This document shows, one piece after another, positions 59,480-64,000 of a stretch of 64,000 bases of DNA (position 1 is the first letter of the stretch; each line of letters opens with the position of its first letter). The stretch comes from Octopus vulgaris. Taxonomy: Eukaryota. The notes under the pieces are model-generated. The model had not been told where the DNA came from and did not search any database. It worked only from the letters and a program-made list of their open reading frames with translations. The stretch spans positions 105,152,001-105,216,000 of the forward strand of contig OX597815.1 in assembly GCA_951406725.2 (NCBI GenBank), written 5' to 3'. A program made the translations under genes and the position numbers.

Positions 59480-59700
59480 GGTAACTTGAAGAATATTAAT
59501 AAAAACTTAGTTACTGAAATTGTTTTAATTCTTCCAGTTTTCCTAAATGATACTCGAAGTTCTGTTGAAGCAGTCAAGCAATATTCACAAACGGAATGTA
59601 TAAAAAATGCCGTTTCAGGAAATATGATAAATTTCGTACAGAGTATTATTATAACATCAACAAGTGGGAATATATTACAAATCATCCGAATGAAAAGTTG
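59480..59700 (-). pseudogene. Possible hAT transposase dimerisation-domain relic
   Basis: FPETAFFI...LTASTELRVSFRKTGRIKT resembles FPxL...TSASAERSFSxLxxIKT. Confidence 0.4.
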
Positions 59701-60257
59701 CCATATCTTGTTAATTAATACAAATTCATGGAAATAAAATATGTGCAATTTTGTCTAATTGTTATTTCCCAAGTAAACCGAAAAACAATATCATATCATT
59801 GTATAACAAAAGAAAGTATCTGGAAACTTATAGTATCAAACACTGTTCCTATAATGAAATCGAAAGTTCCTGTAAAACAATAATTTTGACATGATTTTTT
59901 TTTGTGCAAGAAAAGATAGTGAGAATCATTCCATTTTAATGAGCATGTTACAGAAATGTGTAACAAAAAGGTATGAGACAAAGATTGATCTAGGAACTTA
60001 TATCATGCTACATCCAAGACGAAGAACAAAAGAATTTTAGCTACAACAAGGAAGTAGATTATCTTCGGGGAAATAGAGTCCAACAAACATAACTCGTTAC
60101 AACCTCGAGCTGCTAACTAAAGTTTGAGTAAATATCATTTGATGACAGTTTAGCAGATATTAAATACGATTGTCATCAAATTCTTCATAAATATCAAAGA
60201 CTGTCGTTTAAAAAAATACTGTGTAACAGTGTTCCGTAAATTGTTACGATAATTTCA

Positions 60258-60505
60258 GTAACCTGCGCGCGTAAGCCAAAGCAGAGTATTGTAATCACTC
60301 GTCTTTGTTTGTGTTTGCAAAATTACTGGAAAACCGGTGAATGAATTTTAACCAAGTTTGGCAGAAATATTCATTGGGTGAGTGGTTCGAAATGATGAAA
60401 ATTCGGTTTGATTATCTCCAAACATGCATAAATGCATAGATATATGACTCTGTGGCGGGGGGGGAACAGTGATGGATTCGAGGGTTTCGTTTGCTTACGA
60501 GTTGA
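60258..60505 (+). mobile_element. Possible Helentron-associated (HINE/DINE-1-like) element
   Basis: gtattgtaatcactcg-tctttgtttgtg-caaaattactggaaaaccggtgaatgaattttaaccaagtttggcag resembles the HINE core layout. Confidence 0.4.
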
Positions 60506-60800
60506 TTTCTTAATTTAAATACCTACAATGGTGATAATTTAGAAAAAGAAAAACTTAAATCGAACTTACAGTTTCTCCACTAAGCAAGCTGTCATATTAT
60601 TTATATCCTACAGCGTACCACAGTACGTTTGATTCACCTGCCATCATTGAAAGACGTTACTATGCAATATTTTCAATAAGTATTTCATTCTGTTCACTTT
60701 CTCTATCATATGAATCGGCCCTCGTCTACGTGAGTATAGATCATGGTGTACCTATGCGCGTATACATACATACATACATACATACATACATAGACATGCG

Positions 60801-60850
<50 letters not shown>

Positions 60851-61482
60851 TGTGTGTGTCTAGAGACATGGATTCGAGAGCTTCGTTTATTTATGAGTTG
60901 CTTTCTCAATGTCACCCTTATTAGGCTTCTAATTATGTTTTTGTCAAAAACTTACAAAGCTTAATTCAATTCAATTAAAAAGCATAGGTAAGCAACGCAT
61001 TGTAAGCCATACTATAATTTGCGAAAGAGTTCTTTTTTAAAAAGTGGTTTCGACAGAAGTATGATTGAATGGATATAGGATCGCTTTGAGAGATTGATAT
61101 GATGTAATCAATAGATATATTCCTGAAGATTAATTTCGTTTTAATTTTCATTTACTAGATATAATTCACGACGGTCACTAAGAGAGGACGTTTATTGTGC
61201 AAATAATTCTAATTATTACTTATTGAAATCAAAATTTGCTTAATCTAGTTAATGATTACAGCGCGTAGTTCATGATGCAATACCGGTAATTACGTACATT
61301 ACAAAACGACGTTTCAAGAAAAAAATTAGAATCATGAACTAATTATGGACAGCGATATTGGAGTAAAATTGAGCAGAAATAAATACTGTTTATCCTTCAT
61401 GGTGATGCAATGTCTATAACTATACTGGAAATATAAACATTTTGCTTCATCATTGTCAGAGATTGAAGATTTTAGGAATGAT

Positions 61483-63835
61483 GTTAGTTAGTTAGTTAAT
61501 TTGGCTCAAAAGCAAATAGCAAGGCCATGTAGGGGGACATGGAGTTAAGTACAGGGTGGTGTTCATGTAAAGAGTTCAGGCCACTTGAGGTAAAGGGAGG
61601 CTTTGAACAAAGCGATCGTCGGCATCTTCACCATCTCGTCTGGCAGCTTGTTCCACGGATCCGCAACCCGGACGGAGAAAGCTCCTCTCCTTCGATTGAG
61701 ATGAAATCGTCGCAGGTAGACCTTTTCGGAATGACCGCGCAGCCGACGCTCTGGAGCAGGAGTGAAGAACAGCTCTTTCGAGAGGTTACACTTTCCGCTT
61801 ATGATGTTGTGGGCGAGAATGAGATCACCACGGCGGCGGCGTTTTTCAAGAGAATAAAGGTCGAGCGTCCTCAGCCTTTCTTCATAGGACAAATTTTTGA
61901 GACCATGAACCATGCGGGTAGCCAGCTTCCGGACTCTTTCGAGATGCTGTATGTCTTTGAGGAGATAAGGAGAAGAGGCTTGAATCCCGTACTCCAATAT
62001 GGGTCTCACCAGCGTGACATAGAGTGGTAGGAATATGGCTGCTGTGAGCATTCCGAATGACCGTCGAATCAAGAACAGAATTCCGCGTGCTTTGTTGGCA
62101 GCATGGACGCACTGGGCCGAAGGCGAAAAGGAGGAATCCACCAAGATACCCAGGTCCTTTACCTGATCGGTCCTCTCCAGCAGCAGACGACCCGGCTCGA
62201 AATCAAGTTGAGTTGCTGGAGGAGAGCCAACAGGCAGATGACAGCACTTTGACACGTTCAGACACAGGTCCCATTCGTTAGACCACTTCCAAATTTGGTA
62301 GAGACATCGACGAAGATCCTCTATATCACCGCGAGGAGCGACCAGTTTGATATCGTCGGCAAATAGAAGGGTGTGTTGCGTGAGGTCGTCGAGCAAGTCA
62401 TTTATGAAGACTAAGAACAATAAGGGCCCAAGCACTGAACCTTGAGGCACGCCACTGCTCGCACTGGAGACGTCGGACCGCGAACCATTAACTTGGACTT
62501 GGAAGGAGCGATCTGAGAGGAAGGCACCAACCCATTGTACAATATCCGGATGGAAACTATATGCTTGAAGCTTGACAAGTAATATGCGGTGGTTTACCGA
62601 GTCAAAAGCTTTGGCAAAGTCCAATAAAACGATGTCAACAGCATCACTATCATCGAGGATGCGCGTCACCAATTCTTCCATTACTAGTAAGTTGGTCAAG
62701 CATGATCTCTTCGGCACGAAGCCGTGTTGGGAATCAGAGATAGAGGCTGTGTTTTGGAGGTGGAGCATCATACCTTTCTTAAGGATGGTTTCGAACATCT
62801 TGCTGATTATTGATGTAAGGGAAACCGGTCGGTAGTTAAGAGGGTCTTCGCGGCTCCCTTTCTTGAAAATTGGGCAGATTATCGCTGTTCTCCAGTCCGC
62901 AGGTATAACACCCGTCGCCAATGACATATTGAATAGATGTATTAAGGGCTCGCAGATGACCGGAGCCAACGCTTTGATAACCCGTGGGTGTATGCTGTCA
63001 GGGCCGTGACCCTTGTTGACATCGAGGCCTTGAATAACACGTTTGACTTCGTCCCGCGTGATGACCAATCGAAGCATTGGAGGTACCGATCTATCAAATG
63101 GAGAGGGTTCACGACCATCATCGTGTTTGAAAATAGTTGAAAAAGCCTCGGCAAATAATTGACTCTGTTGATAAGGGTCCTTAATCGATACGCCTGTTGA
63201 GTCTACCAACGTTGCAATCTGGTTGTTCAAGCGGGAATTCCGTTGGACATGGGCAAAGAAGGTTTTTGGATTGCTACTGGCATTTGCCGCGATTTTGTAT
63301 TCATAACTGAAGCGTTCTTCCTTTTCAATTTTCACGGCTCGGTCTCTCGTTGAGTTTTGTACACCTCAAAAGCTGCAGTCGAATCCAGATTTTTGAATTC
63401 AGCCCAAGCAATATCTCTGAGTCGACGTTCTCGTTTAACCTTCTTCGTCACCCAGGGCTTGTGTTTCTTCTTCTTGGGAAGCCCAACGAGAACTGCCTGG
63501 TCAGTCAACCAGATTACATATGCTTTGAGGGATGACCATAGTTTGTCAACTGAGGACAACGTCATCAGGGATCGCCAGTCCAGAAGCGCGGAAGCCTCGG
63601 TTAGAATTTCAAGATTAATTGCAGAGAAGACTCTACGTGGCAGCGAAGTAGTCGTGGGCGTAGAAAAAGTTGTGTGCATGACGAGCTTCAGGACCGCATG
63701 AGGGGCGCACACAGATACGTCTGACACTAATCTTGGATAGCGGGAGAATTCCAGATCCAACATAGATGGCTGCTGCCCAGACCGATGCCTTGTCGGATAT
63801 TCAACATGTTGCGATAGAAAACAATCTTCAGCTAC
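61483..63835 (-). mobile_element. Young CR1-group LINE, 5'-truncated within the endonuclease, with a (TAAC)n tail
   Basis: DCFLSQHVEYPTR...LDL endonuclease end, one frameshift near 63335, an intact RT ORF, a short 3' UTR, then (TAAC)3. Clearly GC-richer than its flanks. Confidence 0.95.
61563..63335 (-). CDS. LINE ORF2 reverse transcriptase (partial, 590 aa)
   Basis: GPDSI, NYRPVSLTS, QHGF, LDFAKAFDSV, SGVPQGSVLGPLLF, FADDIKL, KDLGI, RPILEY, WNKLP. Confidence 0.92.
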   Translation of the reverse strand: MKIEKEERFSYEYKIAANASSNPKTFFAHVQRNSRLNNQIATLVDSTGVSIKDPYQQSQLFAEAFSTIFKHDDGREPSPFDRSVPPMLRLVITRDEVKRVIQGLDVNKGHGPDSIHPRVIKALAPVICEPLIHLFNMSLATGVIPADWRTAIICPIFKKGSREDPLNYRPVSLTSIISKMFETILKKGMMLHLQNTASISDSQHGFVPKRSCLTNLLVMEELVTRILDDSDAVDIVLLDFAKAFDSVNHRILLVKLQAYSFHPDIVQWVGAFLSDRSFQVQVNGSRSDVSSASSGVPQGSVLGPLLFLVFINDLLDDLTQHTLLFADDIKLVAPRGDIEDLRRCLYQIWKWSNEWDLCLNVSKCCHLPVGSPPATQLDFEPGRLLLERTDQVKDLGILVDSSFSPSAQCVHAANKARGILFLIRRSFGMLTAAIFLPLYVTLVRPILEYGIQASSPYLLKDIQHLERVRKLATRMVHGLKNLSYEERLRTLDLYSLEKRRRRGDLILAHNIISGKCNLSKELFFTPAPERRLRGHSEKVYLRRFHLNRRRGAFSVRVADPWNKLPDEMVKMPTIALFKASLYLKWPELFT

Positions 63836-64000
63836 ATGTTTAACTTAATTTTCTCAAAACCAGAAAAATACATAAAACATGGTTTAGTAACCACGAAATC
63901 AACTTGTTTGGATTACGCGAGCTATCAGATATGTTTCAGGAAGAAGTTCAATTACATATCCCTAAACATGTTTGAAAGAGGTATAAGATTAGATTTTAAT

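Noticed and set aside
61539-62030. 163-aa + strand ORF
   Set aside because: Antisense shadow of the GC-rich LINE RT ORF.

Overview
AT-rich eukaryotic (animal) genomic DNA, not prokaryotic. It is saturated with microsatellites ((TA)n, (CA)n, (GATA)n, (TACA)n, (GAA)n, (TAC/TAA)n) and transposon debris. The SINE families and repeat landscape resemble a coleoid cephalopod (octopus-like) genome; this is recognition, not a database result. No confidently identifiable host gene is present, and most ORFs in the track are microsatellite translations. Supported content: CR1/L2-group LINE fragments (including a young 5'-truncated copy with an intact 590-codon RT ORF at 61.5-63.8 kb), an internally deleted R4/Dong element, RTE, Tx1/L1 and Penelope relics, mariner and hAT relics, and at least four tRNA-derived SINE families. 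Most worth follow-up: a 147-bp-arm hairpin whose only mismatches are G.U wobbles (28.25-28.56 kb); minimal hammerhead-ribozyme-like motifs with an unusual core; a LINE/SINE pair sharing a 3' tail whose stem-loop is conserved; self-nesting inverted SINEs; and a 2.6-kb non-TE block (36.4-39.1 kb) tiled by long minus-strand ORFs. I cannot demonstrate a new biological system from this sequence alone. Element boundaries were judged by eye and are approximate.
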